Assembly: GCA_963823335.1 (NCBI GenBank)
Contig: CAWGLD010000005.1
Coordinates: 352,001 to 416,000, forward strand
From: an uncultured delta proteobacterium
GTDB lineage: Bacteria > Desulfobacterota > Desulfobacteria > Desulfobacterales > B30-G6
Direction: 5' to 3'
Length of the DNA: 64,000 bases
The position numbers were made by a program, and so were the translations under genes. Of this stretch, positions 27,823 through 36,941 are shown one piece after another (position 1 is the first letter of the stretch; every line of letters starts with the position of its first letter). The notes under the pieces are model-generated. The model saw only the letters and a list, made by a program, of their open reading frames with translations. It was not told the DNA's origin and ran no database searches.

Positions 27823-29206
27823 GGTCCGCCATACACTGGCATTTCGACTGACGCTCTGGTACGCCGGTATTTTCTCGCTGTCAGCCAGTATTGCCTTTAT
27901 CTTTTTTTATCTTCTCATGACATCCATGTTCAGGGACCAGACAGACAGGGACCTGTACCGCCAGGCAGGCATTTTCTCCATGATCATGGCAACGGACGGC
28001 GTAGAGGCTGTCAAACGATTCGCTGACCTGGAATCCCAAGCGTCAGGCGAAAAAAAGATTTTTTACCGAATGTTTTATCCGACGGGAATATCTTTTTCTT
28101 CCTCGAACATGTCCTACTGGCAAGATATTGGGGTGACCAGGGCCAATATAGAGCAGGCCTTACACGGCAACTCACAAATTTATGAAACTCTCACCATCCC
28201 GAACCGGACCGAGCAGGTCCGTATTCTTTACAGTAACATCGGTGCCGGTGTGATTCTCCAACTGGGTCAATCCCTGGAAAATGTGGCAAGCTTTGTGGAG
28301 GCATTCAGGCAAATTGTCATTGCCACACTGGCTATGCTGGTACTGCTGTCGGCCGGTTTCGGGTGGTTTCTGGCGCGCAGGGCCGTATCCGGTGTTCAGG
28401 CTGTGACACGCACCGCACGAAGCATTACTGCCGGATCTCTCCAAGAACGTGTACCTGTCAATACCCGTGGTGATGAAATTGACCAGTTGGCAACGACGTT
28501 CAATGCCATGCTGGACCGGATACAACACCTGGTGGAGGGCATCCGGGAAATCAGTGACAACGTGGCCCACGATTTAAAGAGTCCCCTCACACGCATAAGG
28601 GGAGCTGCTGAGATTGCTCTTACCACCGGGAAAAGCATGCGGGAATTCGAACAAATGGCCGCCAGCAATATCGAAGAGTGCGATCGACTGCTGGACATGA
28701 TCAACACCATGTTGATGATATCCCAGACAGAAGCGGGTGTCGGCGAATTGGAAAACGTCCAAGTGGATATAACACAAATTGTAAAACATGCCTGTGACCT
28801 GTTTCAACCCATGGCGGCAGACAAGGCTGTCGATCTGGTGTGTGAAGAGTTAGAAACAGCACGCCTGAAGGGGGACATGTCTCTGCTGCAGCGCATGGTG
28901 GCGAATCTGGTGGACAACGCCATTAAGTATACGCAAGCCGGAGGGCGCGTGGATGTTTCTGTTCATGTCAAGGATCGTCATCAGATTGTTTTGACGGTTG
29001 CCGATTCGGGTGTGGGAATTTCAAAAATGGAACTGCCGCACATCTTCGAGCGATTTTACCGCTGCGACCCGAGTCGGTCAACAACAGGGGCCGGTCTGGG
29101 GCTCAGCCTGGCCAAGGCCATCGTCCAGGCGCACCAGGGGCGAATCACCGTGCAGAGTCAAACAGGGCAGGGGAGCACCTTCCAGGTGCTATTGCCACAC
29201 AAATAA
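27788..29206 (+). CDS. HAMP-domain sensor histidine kinase
   Basis: Two TM helices, HAMP, H-box AHDLKSPL, N-box NLVDNAIKY and G boxes DSGVG/GAGLGL. Confidence 0.93.
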   Translation: MVWDMYSKKGLKVRHTLAFRLTLWYAGIFSLSASIAFIFFYLLMTSMFRDQTDRDLYRQAGIFSMIMATDGVEAVKRFADLESQASGEKKIFYRMFYPTGISFSSSNMSYWQDIGVTRANIEQALHGNSQIYETLTIPNRTEQVRILYSNIGAGVILQLGQSLENVASFVEAFRQIVIATLAMLVLLSAGFGWFLARRAVSGVQAVTRTARSITAGSLQERVPVNTRGDEIDQLATTFNAMLDRIQHLVEGIREISDNVAHDLKSPLTRIRGAAEIALTTGKSMREFEQMAASNIEECDRLLDMINTMLMISQTEAGVGELENVQVDITQIVKHACDLFQPMAADKAVDLVCEELETARLKGDMSLLQRMVANLVDNAIKYTQAGGRVDVSVHVKDRHQIVLTVADSGVGISKMELPHIFERFYRCDPSRSTTGAGLGLSLAKAIVQAHQGRITVQSQTGQGSTFQVLLPHK

Positions 29207-29236
29207 AACCATGAAACGACTTTACTCGCCTTTTAT

Positions 29237-29290
29237 ATTGAAGCGCAACAAGCCTCGCAAACCCTGCCGCTTGCCGCGGGGTTCTTCAAT
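29237..29290 (+). mobile_element. Family A element, short copy 3
   Basis: ATTGAAG...CTTCAAT ends, with terminal hairpin CCCTGCCGC-TT-GCCGCGGGG followed by TTCTTCAA as at 6680-6707. Confidence 0.6.
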
Positions 29291-29307
29291 CTGATGCGTC
29301 CGCAAAG

Positions 29308-29323
29308 ATTACCAAATGGTAAT
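29308..29323 (+). promoter_or_regulatory. Palindromic operator upstream of degP/degQ, resembling a CusR/CopR-type box
   Basis: ATTACC-AAAT-GGTAAT, about 30 nt upstream of a TAGTAT -10 candidate (29353-29358). Confidence 0.45.
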
Positions 29324-29412
29324 TTTCCGATCATGTTCCGGTTAGGTTGCTGTAGTATTTTGTCCTTAAAGGTCATTGTGACCGTCAATCGCGAACACAA
29401 GGAGACACTACC

Positions 29413-30855
29413 ATGATCAAGAAAATCAAAAAATGCAACTATATAGTGATGGCCGTGCTGGTAGGCATATTGGCAGGTTTCATACCGGTTGTATCTGCCA
29501 CAACCCCGGAAACAGGCGTCGTTATGGTGCCCAACAATTTCAGCCAGCTTGCCAAAGATGCCAGGCCGAGTGTGGTCAATATTCGAACCGTCACCACGGT
29601 CAAAGATGGGGGCAGGGTTTTTAAACATTTTTTTGGCGCGCCCCCTAACGGCCAGAAAAATCCCTTTGACGAGTTCTGGGGGCCATTTCAGGATAATCAG
29701 CCCCAGCGGGATTTCAAACAACGGAGCCTTGGATCAGGGTTTATCATCGACAAAGAAGGGTATATCGTGACCAACAACCATGTGGTGGAAAATGCCGATC
29801 AGATAAAGGTCAAACTGGCCAATGAAAAGGAATTTGATGCAGAGATAGTGGGCCGGGACCCCAAAACCGACCTGGCGTTGATCAAGATATCGGCCAATAC
29901 CGAGCTCTCCCCCATCAAGATGGGGGATTCTGACAAGACAAACGTGGGCAACTGGGTGGTTGCCATCGGCAGTCCTTTTGGACTGGAACAGACTGTAACT
30001 GCGGGTATTGTCAGTGCCAAAGGCAGGATCATCGGGTTCGGCCCCTACGAAGATTTTATTCAGACAGACGCATCCATCAACCCCGGCAACAGCGGGGGGC
30101 CCTTGATCAACATGCAGGGAGAAGTCGTGGGGATCAACACGGCTATCGTTGCCAGTGGCCAGGGGATTGGATTTGCCATACCCGTCAACATGGCCAAGGA
30201 TATTGTCGCACAGTTAAAAACATCCGGTGAAGTGACCCGGGGCTGGCTCGGTGTCGGTATCCAGGACCTTTCGACGGAATTAAAGCAGTATTACGGTGTC
30301 GAGAGCAATGGGGGCGTCCTGATTACCCAGGTGTTCGAAGGTGATCCGGCTGAAAAAGCCGGGATTGAACCGAATGATATTATCGTTGAAATCGGTGGCC
30401 AGACCGTGACCTCCGCCCGGGAACTTTCCGGGATCATTGCCAATACCGAAATCGGCAAGAAAACCACCATCAAGCTTCTGCGGAATGGAAAGCAAAAAAC
30501 CGTCCAGGTGGAACTGGCCAAGCGGGATGATGACAAAATGACCGCCAAGGCACCGGGCCAAGAAAGCAATGACGATATCGGGATTCAGCTCATGGATTTA
30601 TCTGACGAGGGTGCCAGTCGATTCGGCTTTGAAGCGGATGAGAAGGGTGTTCTGGTCATCGGCATCAAACCCGGCGCTAAAGCGGAAGGTGCCGGTGTTC
30701 AACGTGGTGATCTTATAAAGGAAGTCAACCACGTGCGGGTTTCTTCTATTCGTGAGTATACCAATCAGATAAAGAAAATAGACGATGGTGACGAGGTGCA
30801 ATTCCTGATTCGTAGGGCTCGGGAGGGGTTTGTGGTCGTCGCCTTTACAAAATAA
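29413..30855 (+). CDS. DegP/DegQ (HtrA) periplasmic serine protease
   Basis: Signal peptide, TNNHVV, DLAL, INPGNSGG and two PDZ domains. Confidence 0.95.
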   Translation: MIKKIKKCNYIVMAVLVGILAGFIPVVSATTPETGVVMVPNNFSQLAKDARPSVVNIRTVTTVKDGGRVFKHFFGAPPNGQKNPFDEFWGPFQDNQPQRDFKQRSLGSGFIIDKEGYIVTNNHVVENADQIKVKLANEKEFDAEIVGRDPKTDLALIKISANTELSPIKMGDSDKTNVGNWVVAIGSPFGLEQTVTAGIVSAKGRIIGFGPYEDFIQTDASINPGNSGGPLINMQGEVVGINTAIVASGQGIGFAIPVNMAKDIVAQLKTSGEVTRGWLGVGIQDLSTELKQYYGVESNGGVLITQVFEGDPAEKAGIEPNDIIVEIGGQTVTSARELSGIIANTEIGKKTTIKLLRNGKQKTVQVELAKRDDDKMTAKAPGQESNDDIGIQLMDLSDEGASRFGFEADEKGVLVIGIKPGAKAEGAGVQRGDLIKEVNHVRVSSIREYTNQIKKIDDGDEVQFLIRRAREGFVVVAFTK

Positions 30856-30875
30856 TAATATCGTGTCACGATATT

Positions 30876-31304
30876 TTAAAGGAAAGGGATCGGTTTACCG
30901 GTTCGGAATGCAAGGGCCTGACAGGTGGCGATGAGCTTTCTGTCGGGCCCGTATACGTTGATGTCATACGAGGCTGTTTTTTTAGTACGGCTTATTTCAC
31001 GGGCTTCGGCCCGAAGTCTTGAATTGTCTTCCGGGCTGGCAATATAGGTAACGTTGACATTCAGCGCAACGGCAATGGTTCCATGTGTCTGGCAGGCTGT
31101 TTCAAATGCCTCGTCAATCAACGCAAAAATGGCGCCTCCGTGGGCTCGGTCATAAATATTGCTCATCATGTCAGGCTGGTATACCATTTCGACTGCAGAG
31201 GTTCCGGTGTCCAATTCCACCAGTTCGATCTTGAATGTGCGGGCCAGGGACTCGTTCCTGACTGCGGATTCGATGGCGTTTTTAATCTTTTGATCCATAT
31301 TCAT
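30876..31304 (-). CDS. PaaI/hotdog-fold thioesterase
   Basis: NIYDRAHGGAIFALID motif. Start placed at 31304 because the track's upstream extension runs through a repeat. Confidence 0.88.
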   Translation of the reverse strand: MNMDQKIKNAIESAVRNESLARTFKIELVELDTGTSAVEMVYQPDMMSNIYDRAHGGAIFALIDEAFETACQTHGTIAVALNVNVTYIASPEDNSRLRAEAREISRTKKTASYDINVYGPDRKLIATCQALAFRTGKPIPFL

Positions 31305-31330
31305 ATGCTCTTTGTGAGGGGTAAAAAAAT

Positions 31331-31405
31331 AATCACGAAAACACGAAAGCATGAAAACACGAAATATTTAAAGATCTTTTTCGTACCTTCGTGTTTTCGT
31401 GATAA
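31331..31405. repeat. CACGAAA 8/9-mer inverted-repeat element
   Basis: 16-bp perfect IR ATCACGAAAACACGAA (31332-31347) / TTCGTGTTTTCGTGAT (31388-31403). The left 18 nt are identical to 44711-44728. Confidence 0.85.
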
Positions 31406-31433
31406 ATGATCTTTAGCTTTTTCCCGTTGGCCC

Positions 31434-32645
31434 TCAACTGGTCGGGTACTTATCGGAAAGCCAATCGGTCAGTTGTCTGACGCTGGTGATGTTATTTGAA
31501 ATCAGAATATCGACGATGTCGATACCGGCGATACATACTAGCGGATGATTCTGCTTTCTGATTGCTTCATATGCATGCTGTGTTATGACAGACGTCGTCA
31601 CCAGTACGCCAAACTGCTGGTCTTCCAACCGGGAGAGCATCTTAGATATTTCCTTTGTGCCGATGGATTTGCGTTTGCGGGTCCCGATACCGGGATTATA
31701 GCATTTGGCTTCTACGAGAAATCCCAGGTAATTCGGATCGGTATCAATACCCAGTCGAAAATTGCCGGTGATGGCATAGGGTTCGTCAGATGAATGACGT
31801 CTGACGCGTTCCAGGGAAATCTTTGAATCGGTCAGGGCATAAATATCAGCGGCGAAGTGCAGGAACTTATAGGATGCCGAGGAAAAATAGCGGTAAAGCT
31901 TGACGAGCATGGTTTTGCGAAGTTCATCCTTTGGCAGTTGCATGCCCGATGATCTGACATGCTGGCGATGCTTTGGTTGGAGGGGGCGATAAAGTCCACT
32001 TTTGAGCCACATCTTCCAGACAATGGGACGGTGCTCCGAATCCTTTCTGCCCGTTTCCAGATCATCGATCCAGGCCCTTTTGATTACCGGGATGTCCAGA
32101 AGCGTGAATGTCGCACGGTAGTTCCAAAAACGCCTGGATTCCACGCGTTTCTGCTTACGGACCAGGTCGCTTGTCGGTTTCAGGCCCGGTGATCCAGGCG
32201 CACCTAGCCCGAGGAATCGAATTGACCGGGGACTGGCCTTGTTGGGATACCTGCTGAAAAGAAAGATCGGGGGAACGTGGCATCTGGGGTCTATACTGCC
32301 GTGCAGACTTTTGAATATTTTTCTGAGGATCAAATTTCCATGCCTGGGTGTGTCATGGATGCCATGTTCAGGGGACCTGTTGTCACCATAACAGACAACC
32401 GTTCCGGATTCAGGATCGATTGTATCTGCCCATAGCCGGTTGTCGGTGGTGATGGTTATGATGAGGTAGTTCAGGCTTTCCGCAGACCCACAATAACGAA
32501 AACCGCCCGAATTCCCGCCTTTCAGTAGTCGGGCAAGTGGATCATCGGAAAGATTGCCGGTGTCGCCACCTTCATAAACAGTACCTGCCGTCAGGTGGAC
32601 ACCTTCCAACTGTGCAAAGGGTATGATCGTCATCTTGCTATTCAT
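31434..32645 (-). CDS. AspBHI/MspJI-like modification-dependent restriction endonuclease homolog (SRA-like plus Mrr-like domain), possibly inactive
   Basis: GGFRY, YGDNR..HDTPRHGN, VPPIFLF, FLGLGAPG and NYRATFTLLD in the N domain. EAKCY and FGVLVTTS in the C domain. Confidence 0.82.
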   Translation of the reverse strand: MNSKMTIIPFAQLEGVHLTAGTVYEGGDTGNLSDDPLARLLKGGNSGGFRYCGSAESLNYLIITITTDNRLWADTIDPESGTVVCYGDNRSPEHGIHDTPRHGNLILRKIFKSLHGSIDPRCHVPPIFLFSRYPNKASPRSIRFLGLGAPGSPGLKPTSDLVRKQKRVESRRFWNYRATFTLLDIPVIKRAWIDDLETGRKDSEHRPIVWKMWLKSGLYRPLQPKHRQHVRSSGMQLPKDELRKTMLVKLYRYFSSASYKFLHFAADIYALTDSKISLERVRRHSSDEPYAITGNFRLGIDTDPNYLGFLVEAKCYNPGIGTRKRKSIGTKEISKMLSRLEDQQFGVLVTTSVITQHAYEAIRKQNHPLVCIAGIDIVDILISNNITSVRQLTDWLSDKYPTS

Positions 32646-33072
32646 TATTCGGATTTAGAATTTGTTTCAGCCTAATATCTAAAATAATAAACCCTTGCAG
32701 GATTGTAAACAGAGCCGGGCTCTTTGGCTTCGGGTTTCTATTTTCTTAATCGACTGTCCAGAAGGCAAATCAGCATGAAAGGAAGTTCATAGACAAATTC
32801 TATGATAAACCCCAATATGGGCGTGATCAGAAGGGCGGGCAGCTTGAAAAAGATGAAAAAAACCTGGGATTCTGTCCTTCTGTCAGTAACGCTTGATCGC
32901 TTGACTTTCATGGTGGCTTCATCCGTTTGTCTGCAAGAAATTGCTGCACATATAGCATAATTACAATCGAGAATCCATACCGGTTCGCAATTGATGGACA
33001 ATTAAATCAAAAAGCAGTATAGTTAAAAAAAATGGGTATACGATCTTATTGGGAATCGGGTTTGACAGGACA

Positions 33073-33996
33073 ATGGATCAGAAGCTTCAAGTAGATATCG
33101 GCGGGGGACTCCTGCTCAAGAACCCGGTGATGACGGCATCGGGAACATTCGGTTACGGTAGTGAGTATACTGAATTCGTCGATCTGAACCACCTGGGGGG
33201 TATCATTGTCAAGGGCCTGTCATTGAAACCGTCTAAAGGAAACCCACCACCGAGGATCGTGGAAACCCCGGGTGGTATGCTGAATGCAATCGGTCTTGAA
33301 AACGTCGGTATCGACGCATTCATATCCAAAAAACTAGCCTTCCTGAAAAATTTCCAGACACCGGTCATTACCAATATTTATGGTAGGGACATGGACGAAT
33401 ACGCGGCCCTGGCCCTACGTGTGGAAGAAACAGAGGGGATTGCCGGTGTGGAGGTCAATATTTCCTGCCCCAATGTCAAGCTCGGGGGTATCGCCTTTGG
33501 TGCCGACCCTGCTTCCGCGCATCGGGTTGTCCAGGCCGTAAGGAAACAAACCAGCAAGCATGTAATGGTGAAACTGTCACCCAATGTTACAGATATTGTT
33601 GAAATTGCCGGTCGTGTGGCGGATGCCGGTGCGGATTCGCTGTCCTTGATCAACACCCTTACGGGAATGGCCGTGGATATTGATACCTGCCGGCCGAAAC
33701 TGGCTAACATTACCGGCGGTCTTTCCGGTCCGGCCATCAAGCCCATCGCCTTGCGCATGGTCTGGCAGGTTGCCCAAAAAGTCAAGATCCCGGTGATCGG
33801 CGTAGGGGGCATCATGACGGCCCAAGATGCCCTGGAATTTCTGATTGTAGGGGCCACGGCAGTCCAGGTGGGGACGGCTAGTTTTGTCAATCCCCGTGCG
33901 ACCATGGAGATCGTGGATGGGTTGGCGTGTTTTGCCGTGCAGAAGAAACTTGACAGTATCATGGACATTGTCGGTGCTCTCAATAAAAACATATAA
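33073..33996 (+). CDS. pyrD: Dihydroorotate dehydrogenase, family 1B catalytic subunit
   Basis: KNPVMTASGTFG, NISCPN, VKLSPNVTDI and GGLSGPAIKP. Confidence 0.96.
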   Translation: MDQKLQVDIGGGLLLKNPVMTASGTFGYGSEYTEFVDLNHLGGIIVKGLSLKPSKGNPPPRIVETPGGMLNAIGLENVGIDAFISKKLAFLKNFQTPVITNIYGRDMDEYAALALRVEETEGIAGVEVNISCPNVKLGGIAFGADPASAHRVVQAVRKQTSKHVMVKLSPNVTDIVEIAGRVADAGADSLSLINTLTGMAVDIDTCRPKLANITGGLSGPAIKPIALRMVWQVAQKVKIPVIGVGGIMTAQDALEFLIVGATAVQVGTASFVNPRATMEIVDGLACFAVQKKLDSIMDIVGALNKNI

Positions 33997-34019
33997 AATG
34001 TTAAGGAAAGGATGCAAAG

Positions 34020-34457
34020 ATGAAACGATTCTTGTTCTGGTTGATCTGTTTGCTGCTGGTAATCGGGGGAAGGGCTATGGCAGAAGAGGCCGATGCCATT
34101 GTCGGGGAGTGGTACACTGAAGAGAGCAAGGCGCTGGTGGAGATTTACAAAGCCGACGAGGTTTACAACGGCAAAATTGTCTGGCTCAAGGAACCCAAAA
34201 ACGAGGATGGTTCTGAAAAACTGGACACCAACAATCCTGACGAGTCCAAACAGGGCAACCCCATCATTGGGTTAAACCTGGTGAACGGGTTTGTCTACCA
34301 GGGCAAGAACAAGTGGGCAGACGGGACGATTTATGATCCCGACAACGGCAAGACCTATTCCTGTAAAATGACATTGAATGAAGACAATACCCTGAAAGTG
34401 CGAGGGTTTATCGGCATATCCCTGATCGGAAGAACTCAGGTGTGGGTAAGCAAATAA
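34020..34457 (+). CDS. Exported DUF2147-family protein
   Basis: Signal peptide, GKIVWL, DTNNPD, GTIYDPDNGKTY and GRTQVW. Confidence 0.88.
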   Translation: MKRFLFWLICLLLVIGGRAMAEEADAIVGEWYTEESKALVEIYKADEVYNGKIVWLKEPKNEDGSEKLDTNNPDESKQGNPIIGLNLVNGFVYQGKNKWADGTIYDPDNGKTYSCKMTLNEDNTLKVRGFIGISLIGRTQVWVSK

Positions 34458-34480
34458 ATTCGCTGCGCGAATTTATTTGC
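34450..34480. repeat. 14-bp perfect hairpin over the stop codon; 17-nt core shared with 3920-3936
   Basis: GCAAATAAATTCGC-TGC-GCGAATTTATTTGC. Confidence 0.65.
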
Positions 34481-34578
34481 GTGATATCGTGATAAACGAT
34501 CTTTATTTTTTTTACTTTATCCGGGTTAGGATGAAGATAATTTGGTTTGCAACGCAAAAATGTTAAAAGGAGCACATC

Positions 34579-35160
34579 ATGATGAAAAGAATTTTGGTTC
34601 TGCTGACAATGCTGGTATTTATGGTGGGGACGTGGTCCGTGGGTTTTGCAGGGGACATGGAAATCCTGGGAGTGACCTTTCCGGGAGAAAAGGTGATCGA
34701 GGGTAAAACACTGATACTGAACGGGGTTGCCTACCGTAAGGCACTCGTGGTGGTCAAGGTGTTTGTCCAAGGTCTCTATCTGGAAAAACCAACCCAGGAT
34801 GCGGATGAAGTGATCAACTCCGAGCAGGTGAAACACCTGGTGACGCACTATCTCACCAACAAAGCAACTGCTGAAAAACTACAGGAAGGGGTACTGGAAG
34901 CCATGGGAGCGTGCAATCCTCCGGAACTGGTTGCTGATCACCAAGCCGATATCGATCGCTATGTGTCCTGGATGGACAAGGACATGGCACCTGGTTTGAC
35001 AGCCGAATCGACCTATGTGCCGGACAAAGGTTTCATGTACACCTACCAGGGTGTAATGAAGGGTACGATTCCCGGCTCTGAATTCATGAAGATGTATTAC
35101 CGTACGAATGTAGGGGAAAATGCTCAGGAACGGGTCCGGAAGGGGTTGCTGGGACTCTAG
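34579..35160 (+). CDS. Exported chalcone-isomerase-fold protein
   Basis: Signal peptide followed by LILNGVAYRK..VKVFVQGLYL, resembling the LNGxGxR..KVYxxxLYL pattern. Confidence 0.72.
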   Translation: MMKRILVLLTMLVFMVGTWSVGFAGDMEILGVTFPGEKVIEGKTLILNGVAYRKALVVVKVFVQGLYLEKPTQDADEVINSEQVKHLVTHYLTNKATAEKLQEGVLEAMGACNPPELVADHQADIDRYVSWMDKDMAPGLTAESTYVPDKGFMYTYQGVMKGTIPGSEFMKMYYRTNVGENAQERVRKGLLGL

Positions 35161-35169
35161 ATCAGCTCG

Positions 35170-35234
35170 TTAGGCTGAAGACCGTTAGGCATTTAGGCGC
35201 CTACAGTCTTCAGTCTAATAGCCTAATAGCCTAA
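35170..35234. repeat. TAGGCTG/CAGCCTA-family element between convergent genes
   Basis: TTAGGCTGAAGACCGTTAGGC ... GCCTACAGTCTTCAGTCTAATAGCCTAATAGCCTAA. Confidence 0.75.
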
Positions 35235-35238
35235 AAGG

Positions 35239-36777
35239 CTATAGCGACTGCGATGTCTTAACCGGATTCTCTTTCAAATACTCTAATCTGTTCAATCCAT
35301 TGATATAGGCTTTGGCGCTGGCGATGATGATGTCGGCATCCGACCCCCTGCCAAGCGCTACTAAACCGTTCTCCCTCAACCGCACGGTAACCTCTCCCAG
35401 TGCATCCGTGCCACCCGTCAAGGCGCTGACCGAAAATCTGCGCAGTTCAGATGCGGTGCCTGTGAGCTTGGCGATGGTATTGAATGCGGAGTCGATGGGT
35501 CCGTTGCCATAGCCTGCGCCTGTAATGGATCGGCCGTTGATGGACAGTTTGACACTGGCCATGGGTATGATGGTGGTGCCGCTGTTGACATGCAGGTACT
35601 CCAGTTTGAAAACCTGTTCAGTGCGCAGGATTTCTTCTGTGACCAGCGCTTCAAGATCCTCATCCACTACGTGTTTCTTTTTGTCGGCCAACTCCTTGAA
35701 CAGCTGAAACACGGTTTCCAGTTCTGATTCCGAAAGCTCGTATCCCAGTTCTTTCAGGTGGGTGTAAAGGGCGTGCCTGCCTGAGTGCTTGCCAAGAACC
35801 AGGCGATTTTTGCTGAGTCCGATGGTTTCCGGTTTCATGATCTCATATGTCATACGGTTCTTGAGAACCCCATCCTGATGGATGCCTGCTTCATGGGCAA
35901 AGGCATTGGCGCCCACGATGGCCTTGTTTGGTTGCACGTTCATACCGCTGATCATGCTTACCAGGCGGCTGGTGGGATAGATCAGTTCGGTTTTGATACC
36001 GGTGGACAATGCATAGAAATTGGGCCGCGTTCTGATGGCCATGACAACTTCCTCGAGGGACGTGTTGCCGGCTCTTTCACCGATTCCGTTGATGGTGACT
36101 TCAGCCTGACGAGCTCCCGCATTGATAGCGGCCAGTGTGTTGGCGGTTGCCAGGCCCAGGTCGTCGTGGCAGTGCACACTGAAAGTGGCGTTGTGGATAT
36201 TGGGCGTGTGGCCCATGGTATACGTGACCAGGTCTGCAAACTCATCCGGAACTGCATACCCGACCGTGTCCGGCAGGTTCACAGTGCTGGCGCCTGCTCC
36301 GATGCAAGCTTCGAAGACCTTGCAGAGATAGTCACGGTCGCTGCGGGAGCCGTCCTCGGCCGAAAACTCGATGTTGTCTGTGAGTGTTCTGGCGTAGGTG
36401 ATGGCCTCTACGGCGGACTGAACGACCTGATCCCGGGTCATGCGCAGTTTATATTCCAGGTGGATATCGGATGTGGCGATGAAAATATGGAGTCTGGGCT
36501 TGGCTGAGTGCTTGATGGCTTGCCAGGCACGATCGATGTCATCCTTGGAAGTGCGCGCCAGAGCTGCGACTTCCACTTTTTTGAGCCGCCCGGCAATGGC
36601 TGAAACAGCTTCGAAATCACCTTCCGATGCCGCCGGAAATCCGGCCTCCAATATGTCGACACCGAGATTTTCCAGCTGGACCGCCAGACGCAGTTTTTCG
36701 CCAGTATTCATGCTTGCTCCGGGGGATTGCTCTCCGTCGCGCAGGGTTGTGTCAAATATTTTAATGATGTCGGTCAT
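35239..36777 (-). CDS. leuA: 2-isopropylmalate synthase
   Basis: DTTLRDGEQSPG, HCHDDLG, GIGERAGN, AHEAGIHQDG and a C-terminal regulatory domain. Confidence 0.96.
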   Translation of the reverse strand: MTDIIKIFDTTLRDGEQSPGASMNTGEKLRLAVQLENLGVDILEAGFPAASEGDFEAVSAIAGRLKKVEVAALARTSKDDIDRAWQAIKHSAKPRLHIFIATSDIHLEYKLRMTRDQVVQSAVEAITYARTLTDNIEFSAEDGSRSDRDYLCKVFEACIGAGASTVNLPDTVGYAVPDEFADLVTYTMGHTPNIHNATFSVHCHDDLGLATANTLAAINAGARQAEVTINGIGERAGNTSLEEVVMAIRTRPNFYALSTGIKTELIYPTSRLVSMISGMNVQPNKAIVGANAFAHEAGIHQDGVLKNRMTYEIMKPETIGLSKNRLVLGKHSGRHALYTHLKELGYELSESELETVFQLFKELADKKKHVVDEDLEALVTEEILRTEQVFKLEYLHVNSGTTIIPMASVKLSINGRSITGAGYGNGPIDSAFNTIAKLTGTASELRRFSVSALTGGTDALGEVTVRLRENGLVALGRGSDADIIIASAKAYINGLNRLEYLKENPVKTSQSL

Positions 36778-36816
36778 GGGTCATCTCCTGTCCCGGACAA
36801 GCCGGAAGAGTTGTTT

Positions 36817-36870
36817 AACACGAAAACACAAAAGTACGAAATCACGAAAAGAAGCATAAAAAAATTCGTG
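36817..36870. repeat. CACGAAA-family element, partial
   Basis: AACACGAAAACACAAAAGTACGAAATCACGAAAA...TTCGTG. Confidence 0.7.
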
Positions 36871-36941
36871 GAGGGTAGACCGCAGGTGCGGGCATCGGGC
36901 CTTTCCTGCGGTGGAGATTCCTTTTTCAGGGAATGCGGGTC

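Noticed and set aside
32738-33001. 87-aa minus-strand ORF, or a 57-aa hydrophobic peptide from its internal Met
   Set aside because: No clear RBS or recognisable family. It may be real but I cannot support it.
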